Shown here: in pieces, positions 63,676 to 64,000 of the stretch
Layout: each line of letters opens with the position of its first letter
Position numbering within the stretch: the stretch's first letter is position 1
Assembly (NCBI RefSeq): GCF_001194135.2
Contig: NC_068993.1
Span: 20,968,748 to 21,032,747, forward strand
Length of the DNA stretch: 64,000 nucleotides
Direction: 5' to 3'
Origin: Octopus bimaculoides
Taxonomy: Eukaryota
The notes under the pieces: generated by a model
The model's input: the letters and a program-made list of their open reading frames with translations, nothing else
The model's database searches: none
Told to the model about the DNA's origin: nothing
Position numbers and translations under genes: made by a program

Positions 63676-64000
63676 TATTATTATTATTATTATTATTCAG
63701 TAGTTTTATTTTTATAACGTGCTTTCACTTCACTACCGAGCGCAGCTCTGTGCGCCTTGGGTATGTGCTGTGGTTTGCTGTGGTGCTCTTATGTTTACTG
63801 TATTGAAAGTGTTTTGCGTAGTATGTGTGCAGTGCCCAGTAGTGCAATTTTCTGTATGTTATATATATTTGTAAGTCCTGGTGTTTTTGTTATGTATTTG
63901 TCTGAATATTTTTTTATTATACCTAAGGCACCTACTATGATAGGAATTGTTTCTGTTTTTAGATTCCACATTCGAGTTATCTCTATTTCCAGGTCTTTGT
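63676..64000 (-). mobile_element. Young R4/Dong 3' end with (TAA)n tail, running off the window
   Basis: Near-identical reverse complement of 32500-32825. Confidence 0.92.

Overview
AT-rich, repeat-dense animal genomic DNA with seven N-gaps (5120-5219, 13698-13863, 26203-26315, 28255-28264, 32488-32497, 37983-38329, 39444-39525). The SINE families and microsatellite load suggest an octopus or other coleoid cephalopod; this is inferred from recalled repeat families, not from a search. There is no prokaryotic system, rRNA, intact tRNA or CRISPR array. Most of the window is decayed mobile DNA: R4/Dong-type non-LTR retrotransposons (RT plus restriction-like endonuclease) sitting in (CATA)n or (TAA)n tracts and forming head-to-tail trains, L1/Tx1 and RTE fragments, five mariner remnants (one full length with TIRs), a Tc1 remnant, a probable Helitron 5' end, at least four SINE types and several foldback/MITE-like palindromes, one carrying two back-to-back tRNA-derived units. 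Between the repeats, a phase-consistent chain of small + strand exons (17629-17787, 27853-27879, optionally 28113-28166, 37084-37190) predicts a 91 or 109 aa secreted prepropeptide with a signal peptide and a Gly-Lys-Arg amidation/cleavage site; I do not recognise it. A weaker second secreted-protein exon chain lies at 45.2-49.9 kb. All gene models were read by eye and need RNA-seq confirmation. Repeat boundaries are approximate.
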